Source: an uncultured bacterium
GTDB lineage: Bacteria > Verrucomicrobiota > Verrucomicrobiia > Limisphaerales > UBA8199
NCBI GenBank assembly: GCA_963749495.1
Contig: CAVVMW010000006.1
Span: forward strand, 928,001-992,000
DNA: 64,000 bases
Reading direction: 5' to 3'
Shown here: positions 31,025 to 43,100 of the stretch, in pieces
Numbering within the stretch: position 1 is the stretch's first letter
How the letters are laid out: every line of letters begins with the position of its first letter
The notes under the pieces: model-generated
The model's input: only the letters and a program-made list of their open reading frames with translations
The model's database searches: none
What the model was told of the DNA's origin: nothing
Position numbers and translations under genes: made by a program

Positions 31025-32662
31025 ATGAATGCACATCCATTGGCTGGAAAACCTGCCCCGGCTGAATTGCTCATCAATGTCTCCCGGCTCGAGCGCGACT
31101 ATTACGAGCGCCAACCGGATCCGGCCCAGGCGCAGCAATTGGTCAGTTTCGGCACCAGCGGGCATCGGGGCACGCCGTTTGAGGGGACGTTCACCGAGGC
31201 GCACGTGCTGGCGATCGTGCAGGCGGTGTGCGACTACCGGCGGTTGCGGAACATCAACGGACCGCTCTTCATGGGCAAGGACACCCATGCCATCTCGGGC
31301 CGGCAGAGCGCACGGCCCTGGAGGTGCTCGCGGCCAACCAGGTCGTGACCGTCATCCAGCGCGACAACGGTTTCACCCCCACGCCGGCGATCTCGCGGGC
31401 GATCCTGGCCTGGAACCAGGGGGGCAACGACAGCGTGGCCGACGGCATCGGCATCACACCCTCGCACAACCCGCCGGGAGACGGCGGCTCGAGTACAATC
31501 CGCCTTCTGGCGGGCCGGCCGATACGGACGTCACGACCTGGGTGCAAGACCGCGCCAATGAACTGCTCAAGGCAGGCAATCGGGAAGCAAGACGCATCCC
31601 GTACGAACGCGCCTTGAAAGTGCCCACAACCAGCCAGGCCGATTTCGCCGCCAATTACACCCGCAACCTCGGCTCTGTCATCAATATGGATGCCATTGCC
31701 GCCTCTGGCATCCGCATCGGCGTGGACCCGCTGGGCGGCGCCTCGATACATTACTGGGAGCCCATCCGCGAGCGCTTCGGCCTCAACCTGAGCGTGGTCA
31801 ATCCCAAGGTGGATCCGACCTTCTCCTTCATGACGGTCGATCAGGATGGAAAGATCCGGATGGATTGCTCCAGCAAGTGGGCGATGCAAGGGCTGGTGAA
31901 ACTGCAGAAGAGCTTTGATATTGCCTTCGCCACGGATCCGGACGCCGACCGGCACGGCATCGTGACCCCGTCACACGGGTTGATGGACCCCAACCATTAC
32001 CTGGCTGCCGCCATCCATTTCCTCCACACGCGCCGGCCCGGTTGGCCGCTGACGGCGGCGGTGGGCAAGACGGTGGTGAGCAGCGCGATGATCGATCGGG
32101 TCGTGCAAAGCGTCGGCCGGCGGCTGGCCGAGGTGCCGGTCGGCTTCAAGTGGTTTGTCGGCGGCCTGCACCAGGGCAATTATTGTTTTGGGGGCGAAGA
32201 GAGCGCGGGCGCCAGTTTCCTGCGCAAGGACGAGACGGTCTGGACGACAGACAAGGATGGGCTGCTGCTGGGGTTGCTGGCGGCGGAGATCCGGCCCGCG
32301 CGGGCCTTGACCCGCAGCAGTATCTGGAGAACCTGGCGGCCATCCTGGGCCGCACCTACTACAGCCGAATCGATGCCCCGGCTGCGCCGGAGCAAAAGCG
32401 AGCGCTCCAGCGGGCCACCGCGGACTCGCTGGCCGCGCGGGAATTGGCCGGAGACCCGATCGTGGCCAGGCTCAACCGCGCTCCGGAGAACGGCGCGCCC
32501 ATTGGCGGCCTGAAGGTGGTCACGCGATTCGGCTGGTTTGCCGCCCGCCCTTCCGGCACGGAAAACCTGATCAAAGTCTATGCGGAAAGCTTCAGGAGCC
32601 CCGGGCACCTCGAGGCCATTCTGAAGGAGGCCCGGGAACTGGTCCGCAGTATCGGGGGATAG
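31025..32662 (+). CDS. pgm: Phosphoglucomutase (frameshifts ~31300, ~31490, ~32295)
   Basis: [37 protein letters not shown]. Confidence 0.95.
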
Positions 32663-33029
32663 GGGCGAGGGGCGGGAATGACGAATGACGAATGACGAAT
32701 GACGAAGTGCCCACGGCGGCCCTGCCCGGCCTATGTGTGGGGGCGGGGGGTATGGACCTGCTACAGTGCTACAAGGCGCATGGAACCGGGGGATTTTTGA
32801 GGTCGGACCCGCAACACGACCCGCAACCAGGCGCAACCGCCTCGGTAAAATGGGGAGATTCTTTCGCGCGGGATATTTGTTTGACATAGTGGAAGTCAAT
32901 TCCAACTCGGTAAAACCGAGCGCTTTCCGGGGGGTGGAATGCGGGCGGGGATCGGGAGAGGCCGCGGCGAGGGGCGAAAGGGGCGAAACGGGGCGAGACG
33001 GTGGAAAAGGAGCTGCCACGCCCCTCCAT

Positions 33030-33309
33030 TCCTGCGGTATGGAAAAGTGTGGGGCATTCGATCCTGGGGGTTTTTCTCCCGGAGGGAAATTTGAGAATAG
33101 CCCAAGGTTTCAACCTTGGGATCCGGCCGAGGATGGACCGAGTCCCGAAGGGACGGCTGAACGTGACCTGCCGTTTGAGCCGCCCCTTCGGGACTCGGGT
33201 TGCCTGCGCTCCCAACCCAGTCCCGCTCTGAGCGGGATTGGGCTGTTGTCGGAAGCCCCTCCGGGGCATTACGGCGCCGTCAACTGACCGACAGTTTTAG
33301 TCGCAGCCC
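33030..33309. repeat. GTCCCGAAGGGAC-family element (related to 15797-16062, inverted)
   Basis: CCCAAGGTTTCAACCTTGGG hairpin; end TGACCGACAGTTTTAGTCGCAGCCC. Confidence 0.75.
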
Positions 33310-33371
33310 AGCCGGTCCAAACCACTGACACAACTGCCCGGCGACAGGCGTTCCGGCGGGAATCCCAAATC

Positions 33372-33521
33372 GTAACTATTCAGGTGGGGACGCGTGGGGC
33401 AGACCTCTGGTCTGCCGGTTGCAGGGGCCTCTGGCCCCGAGCCTCCCCACTGCAAGGGACACGGAGCCGGAGGCTCCGTGAACCGGCAGACCAGAGGTCT
33501 GCCCCACACCTGAACAGTTAC
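33372..33521. mobile_element. MITE-like element with TIRs and 8-bp target duplication
   Basis: Ends GTAACTATTCAGGTG and CACCTGAACAGTTAC; CCCAAATC at 33364-33371 and 33522-33529; internal GGGGCAGACCTCTGGTCTGCC palindrome. Confidence 0.88.
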
Positions 33522-33640
33522 CCCAAATCCAAACCCCGGAGCATCGTGCCCGAGGCGTGCATCATGTTTGGTGGCCGGTTCAACTCAAGCCAGAAAGCGT
33601 CATTTTTCTAGGACCCCTGCACGAGGCCGAACGCAGCCAT

Positions 33641-35080
33641 TCACTTGCATCGGTCTTGCTCGGGACGGGGTTTGAGATAAGAACGCAACCGCGCGAGTTC
33701 GGCCTCGGTTTGAGCGACCTCGGCCACCGGCAGCAACTGGTGGCGGGCAGCCGAGTGGAGCAAGAGTTCATGGGCCTGCAGCAACAGGCGTGCTTTGGGC
33801 ACGTTGAAGCCGACCAGGTCTCGGCTGTTCCGCGCGACGCGTCCATCAATGGCCGAGGCACGCAGGAAATCGAGTAGATTGCGCCTGTGCTTTTTCTTGT
33901 TGCCTTGCTCGTCGCGCTCTTCCGCTGTGCCCAACAGTTCCATGAGCATCGGAAAAGCACATCCAGGCTTAATTCCTTCGAACTGGTGCGCCTCTTGTGC
34001 GACCCGCAGCAACGTGCCGAGAGGCAGCAAATGCTCCGCCAACGGGCCCTTGTCCTCTGGCACCGGCTTGCCCGTGAGTTCACATTCCTGCCTTGTCCAG
34101 GCCGCGGGCGGGGCGCGTCCGGCGGCAATAGCAGCCAGATAGCTCGCGGTTTCGGGATAAGTGTCTTCCTCAATGCCCGCGAGCAACGAGCGGGTGATGC
34201 TCTCGACCGAGGTGTCCGGTCCCCAACCACCTTCCACCAGCCGACCAACCCGGATTTCAAAAATAAGATGGCTCCATTCCGGCGCCACCCAGCCAAACAG
34301 ATCCCCGTCCTGGCGCAAAATGGGCAGATAGTACTCGCAGACGGCCAACAACTCGGCATCGAAACCAGCGGCCAGAAGATAATCCCGCATGTGGCTCAAG
34401 GCTTCCACATTATAGCTGTGAACGTCAAACTTGCGCAGTGCCGCCGCGATCTCCGGCAGCAGGTGCCGATAACCACAGCGATCAAATTCCTCCATTGCCG
34501 CCCAATAGAAGTAACCCATACCGGTTTCTTTGGTATGAGGAACGGTCCCGGCGATGCGGTGGAACATCTCGGGCAATTCGCCGGGCTGATGGCGGGCAAT
34601 GGTGTGGAAAACCTCAGACCAAAGGGCCGCTTCCGGCGGCAGGCTGAACAGCTTGTCCAGCAGCGCGTTTATCTCCTCCAGACTGGGGCTGGACAGCTTT
34701 TCGAACTCGTCCCAAATCTGCTTGAGCTTCTCGTCCACCTCAGGGGGTGCTCCGGGGACTTCCTGGGTGTGCTTTTCAAAAAGAGACTGTGAAAACTCGT
34801 CCCCCTGCGCCTCGGCATCGATACCAAAGTCATTCTCCCGGTGGGTTTCGGCAGCGAGAGGCTTGGCAGAAGAGGCCTGGGTTGGCGCCACCGGCGCGGC
34901 CGAGACCGGCGCGGGTTGGAGCCGCGGGGCCGCTTCGTGGACCAGGGCTTGGTCTCCAGCCAGACAGCACTTCTTGTATTTCTTGCCACTGCCACAAGGA
35001 CACGGCTCGTTACGCCCGGCCTTCAGCCGCTGACGAGCTGCCGCGAGCGCTTCGTTTGGGTTGGGGCTTTCGCTTGCCAT
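33641..35080 (-). CDS. SEC-C motif protein with helical C-terminal region
   Basis: GRNEPCPCGSGKKYKKCC near the N-terminus. Confidence 0.85.
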   Translation of the reverse strand: MASESPNPNEALAAARQRLKAGRNEPCPCGSGKKYKKCCLAGDQALVHEAAPRLQPAPVSAAPVAPTQASSAKPLAAETHRENDFGIDAEAQGDEFSQSLFEKHTQEVPGAPPEVDEKLKQIWDEFEKLSSPSLEEINALLDKLFSLPPEAALWSEVFHTIARHQPGELPEMFHRIAGTVPHTKETGMGYFYWAAMEEFDRCGYRHLLPEIAAALRKFDVHSYNVEALSHMRDYLLAAGFDAELLAVCEYYLPILRQDGDLFGWVAPEWSHLIFEIRVGRLVEGGWGPDTSVESITRSLLAGIEEDTYPETASYLAAIAAGRAPPAAWTRQECELTGKPVPEDKGPLAEHLLPLGTLLRVAQEAHQFEGIKPGCAFPMLMELLGTAEERDEQGNKKKHRRNLLDFLRASAIDGRVARNSRDLVGFNVPKARLLLQAHELLLHSAARHQLLPVAEVAQTEAELARLRSYLKPRPEQDRCK

Positions 35081-35099
35081 AAGTTCAACGCATTCCGCC

Positions 35100-35400
35100 T
35101 CAACCCAACACGAGGAGATCCAGGGCGGCAAAGCGGCGGTAGGCCTGGTCACAGGTGACGAGCCGCGTATGGCTTTCGGTGGCCAACGCCGCGAGGAACG
35201 CGTCGGTCCAGAGCGCATGGGACGGCGAACCGGAGTTGGCCAGGCTGCCGAACGTGGCGTCCAGCCCTGGGCTCAGCATCTGGGTGGCCGGTGCTCGGCA
35301 AGATCGTCAAGAGCCCGCTGGCTTTCTCAGGGAGCTTTTCCGGTTCCCGGGCGATAATTCGGCCGTGCTCGATCTCGACTTCAACTGTCACGTAACTCAT
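35100..35400 (-). pseudogene. VapBC-like relic: antitoxin 5' part fused to PIN toxin 3' part
   Basis: MSYVTVEVEIEHGRII..EPEKLP (35400) and, in another frame, HALWTDAFLAALA...LVTCDQAYRRF..LDLLVLG* (ends 35100). Confidence 0.7.
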
Positions 35401-35533
35401 GCCAGGAGTTTAGTTCGCTGAACGCCACTGGCCAACCGAATTCTTCCGGCTTCCCGTAACCGCGGAGACGAGACGGCTGCACGGGAAGAAAACTGGATCG
35501 CACTTCCCCGCCGTCTCCGTCATAACTCTCCCC

Positions 35534-35690
35534 ATGTTGGCCAAGGTCTGTTCGGCGGCCGCCAACGGCAGCGAAGCGTATCCGGTCCAGGTCGAGGTCA
35601 ATGCCGGGTACGGCGATACGATCATCGTGATCGTCGGCCTGCCCGCCGCCGCCTGAGAATCCCGCAACCGGGTCATGACCGCCCTCAGCA
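35534..35690 (+). pseudogene. comM: 5' stub of ComM/YifB (Mg-chelatase-like ATPase)
   Basis: MLAKVCSAAANGSEAYPVQVEVNAGYGDTIIVIVGLPAAA*ESRNRVMTAL matches the YifB/ComM N-terminus. Confidence 0.8.
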
Positions 35691-35814
35691 AGTGTTTGTT
35701 CACGGCCACTCGCCACGTTGGTTGAGCAAGCTGGCGAGAAAAGCGCGGTCGAGCGCGAGGTGAAGGTTTGCGGGTTGGGCCCACTGACACCTGCCCAGCG
35801 GACACCTGACCCCA

Positions 35815-36339
35815 CCTGCGGTTTTATCCACTCCCCTGGCCCGCGCGGTCGTTGAGCACTTTCTGCCTTGCGGGCGGATCGTCGAGCCGAGCTCTGGCAA
35901 CGGCGCCTTCCTCCGGGCGCTACCCAAGGGCGCAGATTGGTTCGAGATTCAAAACGGCAGGGACTTCCTCAAGGCTGAGGGGCGCTGGGACTGGGCCGTC
36001 GGCAACCCGCCCTTTTCCCAGTTCCGCGCTTTCCTCCAGAAGGCCATGCAGGTCGCCGACAAGGTGGTCTTCATCGGGCTGGCCCCCGCGTGGTTCGTCC
36101 GGGCCCGCCAGGAGGACATGCGGCAGGCGCGGTTCGCCCTGGTGGAGCTGTGCGCCCTGCCCATCCCGCCGGACTGGGCCCCAGTCCGGCATCGATCTCA
36201 CCGCCGAATGGGCGCGCCGAGGATGGCAGGGCGCCATTGCCCAAACGCGGCTTCAAGCGTGAGCGCCGGGGAAGCGCGACCGGAGGGTGGTGAAACGGCC
36301 CTGCCCCAGATCCCGACACCAGCCCAATCTATGGTCTGA
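35815..36339 (+). pseudogene. Small phage-type amino-methyltransferase (frameshifted, start unclear)
   Basis: TPLARAVVEHF...RIVEPSSGNGAFL (motif I)...GRDFL...WDWAVGNPPFS (motif IV)...FLQKAMQVADKVVF. Confidence 0.7.
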
Positions 36340-36352
36340 CCCCATCCTCATG

Positions 36353-37604
36353 TGGATGCCATTGCCGCCTCTGGCATCCGCATCGGCGTGGACCCGCTGG
36401 GCGGCGCCTCGATACATTACTGGGAGCCCATCCGCGAGCGCTTCGGCCTCAACCTGAGCGTGGTCAATCCCAAGGTGGATCCGACCTTCTCCTTCATGAC
36501 GGTCGATCAGGATGGAAAGATCCGGATGGATTGCTCCAGCAAGTGGGCGATGCAAGGGCTGGTGAAACTGCAGAAGAGCTTTGATATTGCCTTCGCCACG
36601 GACCCGGACGCCGACCGGCACGGCATCGTGACCCCGTCACACGGGCTGATGGACCCCAACCATTACCTGGCTGCCGCCATCCATTTCCTCCACACGCGCC
36701 GGCCCGGTTGGCCGCTGACGGCGGCGGTGGGCAAGACGGTGGTGAGCAGCGCGATGATCGATCGGGTCGTGCAAAGCGTCGGCCGGCGGCTGGCCGAGGT
36801 GCCGGTCGGCTTCAAGTGGTTTGTGGGCGGCCTGCACCAGGGCAATTATTGTTTTGGGGGCGAAGAGAGCGCGGGCGCCAGTTTCCTGCGCAAGGACGAG
36901 ACGGTCTGGACGACAGACAAGGACGGGCTGCTGCTGGGGTTGCTGGCGGCGGAGATCCGGGCCCGCGCGGGCCTTGACCCGCAGCAGTATCTGGAGAACC
37001 TGGCGGCCATCCTGGGCCGCACCTACTACAGCCGAATCGATGCCCCGGCTGCGCCGGAGCAAAAGCAAGCGCTCCAGCGGGCCACCGCGGACTCGCTGGC
37101 CGCGCGGGAATTGGCCGGAGACCCGATCGTGGCCAGGCTCAACCGCGCTCCGGAGAACGGCGCGCCCATTGGCGGCCTGAAGGTGGTCACCCGATTCGGC
37201 TGGTTTGCCGCCCGCCCTTCCGGCACGGAAAACCTGATCAAAGTCTATGCGGAAAGCTTCAGGAGCCCCGGGCACCTCGAGGCCATTCTCAAGGAGGCCC
37301 GGGAACTGGTCCGCAGTATCGGGGGATAGAGTCGAGGGGCGACAATGACGAATGATCCCGCTCAGCGGGAACGAATGACGAAGTGCCCACGGCGGCCCCG
37401 CACGGCCGATGTGTGGGCGCAGGGGGTATGGATCCGCAACACTGCTACAAGGCCCATGGAACCGGGGGATTTTTGAGGTCGGACCCGCAACACGACCCGC
37501 AACGAGGCGCAACCGCTTCGGCAAAATGGGGGAATTCTTGCGCGCGGGATATTTGTTTGACATAGTGGAAGGCAATTCCAACTCGGTAAAACCGAGCGCT
37601 TTCC
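36353..37604 (+). pseudogene. Duplicate of pgm 3' ~60% plus downstream non-coding DNA (copy of 31687-32928)
   Basis: Near-identical coding part with scattered substitutions and a more diverged non-coding tail; lacks the catalytic SHN region. Confidence 0.93.
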
Positions 37605-37874
37605 TTGAACAGTTCGTAGGTCTCGCTACCCCCGGCTCTCGGCGCACTCGGGCAGCGCCTGACCGCAAAACCGGGCTCGCCGGGCCCCGCCGCTGCAATC
37701 GCGAACTGAACCGGATGCCCCTCTACGGCTCGCAACTCCACTGCGAAGCCGAAAGCACCGCCCCTAAAGTCCAGATGCTGCCACCACCACCACCCAAGCA
37801 CTGTGAAATTCATTGCACCAGATCCCCCTCGGAGACTACACTCATTCCACTGAACGACACGAACGATTACGACA

Positions 37875-39082
37875 GTGCCACAAAAGAGTGAATCAAACGG
37901 TTACGAAGCAGCTAGGCTTTTCCACGCCACCGAGCGAGGGAAGATCTTCTTCGGTGACTCGCGGTCGCTCTTCCGGGACGAGATTCAGCCCAAATCCGTT
38001 GACCTCATCATGACGAGCCCCCCGTTCGGCTCGTCAGAAAAAAGGACTATGGTAATGTTGACGCCCACGACTACGTTAACTGGTTCAAACCCTTTGGCGC
38101 GGCCTTTCACACAGCCTTGAAGCCCGCCGGCTCGCTGGTGATTGACATCGGCGGCGCCTGGATCTCCGGCCAGCCGACCCGCAGCCTGTACCACTACGAG
38201 CTCCTGATCATGCTCTGCCGGGAATTCGGCTTTCACCTCGCTCAGGAGTTCTTTTGGTGGAACCCCGCCCGCCTGCCTACTCCAGCCGAGTGGGTAACCG
38301 TCCGCCGCATCCGCGTCAAAGACGCCATCAACTGCATCTGGTGGCTTTCGCCAACACCTTGGCCAAAGGCAAGCAACAGGCGCGTCCTCCAGCCCTACTC
38401 CGACAGCATGAAAGTCCTGCTGGAAAAGGGCTACAAGCCCATGCTCCGCCCGTCCGGCCATGACATTTCCGACCGCTTTGGCACAGACAACGGTGCTGCG
38501 ATCCCCCCCAACCTGATCGCCCTCGCGCACACAGAGAGCAATTCCGCCTACATTCGCTACTGCAAGGACAAGGGCCTCACCCCGCACCCGGCCAGGTTCC
38601 CCAGCGAGATCCCGGAGTTTTTCATCCGCATGTTGACCGACCGAGGCGACCTGGTCGTTGACCCGTTCGCCGGCAGTTGCGCAACCGGAGAAGCTGCCGA
38701 GCGCACCGACCGCGACTGGCTCTGTTGCGACATGGTCGAGGACTACCTTGCCGGCGCCATCGGCCGCTTCCAGAAAAACGCCAACGGCAGCGGCAACGGG
38801 AAGGCAGACAAGCCCGCCAGAAATCAGGAAGACACCTCCTACCGCATCTACAAACCGGGCACCATGTGGACGACCGCAGACCATGAGCTGCTGCCGGCCG
38901 ACGGTGGCGCCAAGCGCCAGATAAAGCCCCCGAAGGCCCCCAAGCAGGAGCCCATCACAAAGTACCCGCCCCATCACTCGGGCTCCGCGCAAATGCTGCT
39001 GCTGGAGCAGCACAAGAGCACCCGCCCCCGCAACGGAACCTCTCCGAAGGCTCGCCCGGCCAAACTCAGGAACCATGCCTAA
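37875..39082 (+). CDS. Beta-class N4-C/N6-A DNA methyltransferase (M.PvuII-like; frameshift ~38030)
   Basis: SVDLIMTSPPF, HPARFP, VVDPFAGS in beta motif order. Confidence 0.9.
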
Positions 39083-40481
39083 CGACACCGGCGCCGACCC
39101 CACCGCCAAACATATAAGATGGAGTGACCTCCCCTTCGGCAGCGAGTTTTCTCCCTCACAGATAGAACTCCCGACTGTCCTTGAGTTCGCCCACCAGCAG
39201 GGCGGCGACTGGAGAACTTTCGAAGCAGCCGTCAAAGCTAAGTACTTCGCTGCCAACCCGACCAGCGAGTACAACCGCGGCAAGCTCGCCAACAATTGCA
39301 AGCTGGGCATGATCGCGTACGGCATCATCAACCGCGACGCCAGCCTCACCGAATTTGGTAAGAAACTCCATTCAACCCGCACTGACCCGGTAGTCCTCCA
39401 CGCTGAGCTCGCCCGCCACATCCTCCTTAACCTGCACGGCATGACCCTGGTCCAGTGCGTTCAGGACATCCAAGCCTCCGGCGAATGCGTGGACCTCATC
39501 AAGCTCCGCGAATGGCTGGAGGAGAGAGGCATTCATTTCCCGCGCGGCGGCAAACACCCGAGCATGATGCGCCTCTGGCTCGAAAAGGCCGGCGTCTTCA
39601 CAAGCGGTTGGAATGTCAGCCCCACCAGGCTGAAGGAACTCGCTGGCGCGAGCACCGAGGAGGTCGAGGCCCTGGCCACGCTCAGTCCCGAACAACGTGC
39701 CTTCCTCAAGACGTTGGCCAACATGGCTGGCCCAGGTCCCTTCGCCTCTAACGACGTTGAGAAACTCGCGACCGCCACCTACGGCGTCCACTTCAACGAG
39801 AAGGCATTGCCCAAGCAGGTGCTGTACCCGCTAGAAAAAGCCGGATTCGTCACCCTCGAACGCGGCACCAAAGAGGCCGGTCGCGGAGCCAAGCCTTTCC
39901 TAGTCCGCGCCACGGCCAAGCTTCAAAAGGAAGTCCTCACACCACTGCTCGAGCAGTTGGAGAAACAGACCGCCTCAGACTTGCGCCCGCTCTTGCGCAA
40001 GTCCATGCACGAAATCCTTCACAGTCTCAGCGCCAAGGACAAGCACACTCGCGGCCTGGCACTGGAGGCGCTCGCCTTCAAACTCATGCGCCTCCTCGAC
40101 ATGGACTACGTCGCTACCCGCCTACGCGGCGTGGCGACCGGCGGCGCCGAAGTGGACCTCATTTTCCAATCCGCCCGCCTCGTATTCTCGCGCTGGCAAA
40201 TCCAGTGCAAAAACACTACTCGAGTCACCCTCGAAGACGTGGCCAAAGAAGTCGGCCTCACCCACATGCTCAAGAGCAACGTCATCGTGGTTGTCAGCAC
40301 CGGTGAAATTGGCCCTGGGGCCAAGGGTTACGCCAACAAGGTAATGGGCGACAGCAACCTTTGCATAGTCCTCATCAACGGCGGCGACCTGAAAGCCATC
40401 GAAGCTAACCCGGCCGCCATCGTCGACGTTTTCAACCGTGAAGCCGCCCACGCGATGAAGCTCAAAATTCTCGATATGTAG
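39075..40481 (+). CDS. Putative restriction endonuclease with C-terminal Mrr-like PD-(D/E)xK domain
   Basis: GLALEALA...GGAEVDL...WQIQCKN; overlaps the methyltransferase stop. Confidence 0.8.
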   Translation: MPNDTGADPTAKHIRWSDLPFGSEFSPSQIELPTVLEFAHQQGGDWRTFEAAVKAKYFAANPTSEYNRGKLANNCKLGMIAYGIINRDASLTEFGKKLHSTRTDPVVLHAELARHILLNLHGMTLVQCVQDIQASGECVDLIKLREWLEERGIHFPRGGKHPSMMRLWLEKAGVFTSGWNVSPTRLKELAGASTEEVEALATLSPEQRAFLKTLANMAGPGPFASNDVEKLATATYGVHFNEKALPKQVLYPLEKAGFVTLERGTKEAGRGAKPFLVRATAKLQKEVLTPLLEQLEKQTASDLRPLLRKSMHEILHSLSAKDKHTRGLALEALAFKLMRLLDMDYVATRLRGVATGGAEVDLIFQSARLVFSRWQIQCKNTTRVTLEDVAKEVGLTHMLKSNVIVVVSTGEIGPGAKGYANKVMGDSNLCIVLINGGDLKAIEANPAAIVDVFNREAAHAMKLKILDM

Positions 40482-40720
40482 CGATGTCGCACACCGCCTC
40501 AGGAGGAGAAAGCGGGCAATGCCAAACAACTTTCAAAATGATCCCGTTGCGATTCTCAGAAGCCAAGTTGACCTCTCGCCCTATTCGTTCGCAGCTGGCT
40601 CGCCCCGCTGGCTGCTGGCGTTAGGACACTACCCAACCTCCTGCCGAGCTAACGCGGTTTTGGATTACGCTTAACTTTGCGCCATGAGCACGGCTGCTCA
40701 AACCAAGATGGAATGAACCT

Positions 40721-40918
40721 ATGAGTGCCGAAACCGCGCGATTGCTGGTGGCGTTTGATAAACTGCCGCCCGCGGAAAAAGAGGTGTTCTTAAGAGAGCT
40801 TTTCCGGAGGCTGCCGCCAGTTGACTCTGGCCCGCTGGAGGACGAGGTGTTGGCACGTGCGGGCGACGATCTGGCGGCCATATTGGAAGGCGAAGAAAAT
40901 CACGCCCAGATGCGGTGA
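40721..40918 (+). CDS. Small antitoxin-like protein followed by a PemK/MazF-like stub
   Basis: 65 aa; the overlapping frame reads PRCGEVWMF and then breaks off. Confidence 0.5.
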   Translation: MSAETARLLVAFDKLPPAEKEVFLRELFRRLPPVDSGPLEDEVLARAGDDLAAILEGEENHAQMR

Positions 40919-41048
40919 GGTCTGGATGTTTCTGTGGCCAAAAACCCAGGGCATCGGCCTGGCGGCCTCAGCCCTGGGCTAGGTTCTGTCGGCCCTTTGG
41001 GCCGCGCGTCAGAAGCAGGGCGGGCCGGATGCCTGCCCCACGTTGAGC

Positions 41049-42690
<1,642 letters not shown>

Positions 42691-42730
42691 AAGAATTGGA
42701 TTGGTGTTTTATGGTTGAGAGTGAGTGTGA

Positions 42731-43024
42731 TTATTCGAGCACGGCCAGGAGGTCGTCCGTGTTGAGGATCTTGTAATCCTTCCCATCGAGCTTGATTTCA
42801 GTCCCGCCGTATTTGCTGATGAGGACGCGATCGCCCTTCTTGACCTCGAATGGGACCTTCTTCCCATCGTCATCGGTCTTGCCCGTGCCGAGGGCGATGA
42901 CGATGCCTTCCATCGGTTTTTCCTTGGCGGTATCAGGGATGATGATCCCGCCCTTCTTGACTTCCTTCTCTTCGACCGGCTCCACAAGGACCCGATCGCC
43001 CAAGGGTTTAACGTTTAGTGCCAT
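42731..43024 (-). CDS. groS: Co-chaperonin GroES
   Basis: [10 protein letters not shown]...[13 protein letters not shown]. Confidence 0.98.
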   Translation of the reverse strand: MALNVKPLGDRVLVEPVEEKEVKKGGIIIPDTAKEKPMEGIVIALGTGKTDDDGKKVPFEVKKGDRVLISKYGGTEIKLDGKDYKILNTDDLLAVLE

Positions 43025-43100
43025 AGGTTTTTCGTTTTTCGTTTGTTTGTTGGTTCTGCTGCGAATCAAAATCCCGCCGCACTCGCCGCGGGAAGCTTCT

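Noticed and set aside
32881..32897. tRNA gene
   Set aside because: Only a short anticodon-arm-like stretch; no D arm, T arm or acceptor stem.
36352..37329. Second functional phosphoglucomutase
   Set aside because: It lacks the N-terminal domain with the catalytic Ser (SHN); it is a partial duplicate.
37604..37870. Possible controller (C) protein or ORF upstream of the methyltransferase
   Set aside because: No HTH-like translation or credible start was found.
40510..40630. Possible integron attC site ending GTTAGG after the nuclease gene
   Set aside because: No convincing complementary RYYYAAC partner or box pairing, and no integron integrase.
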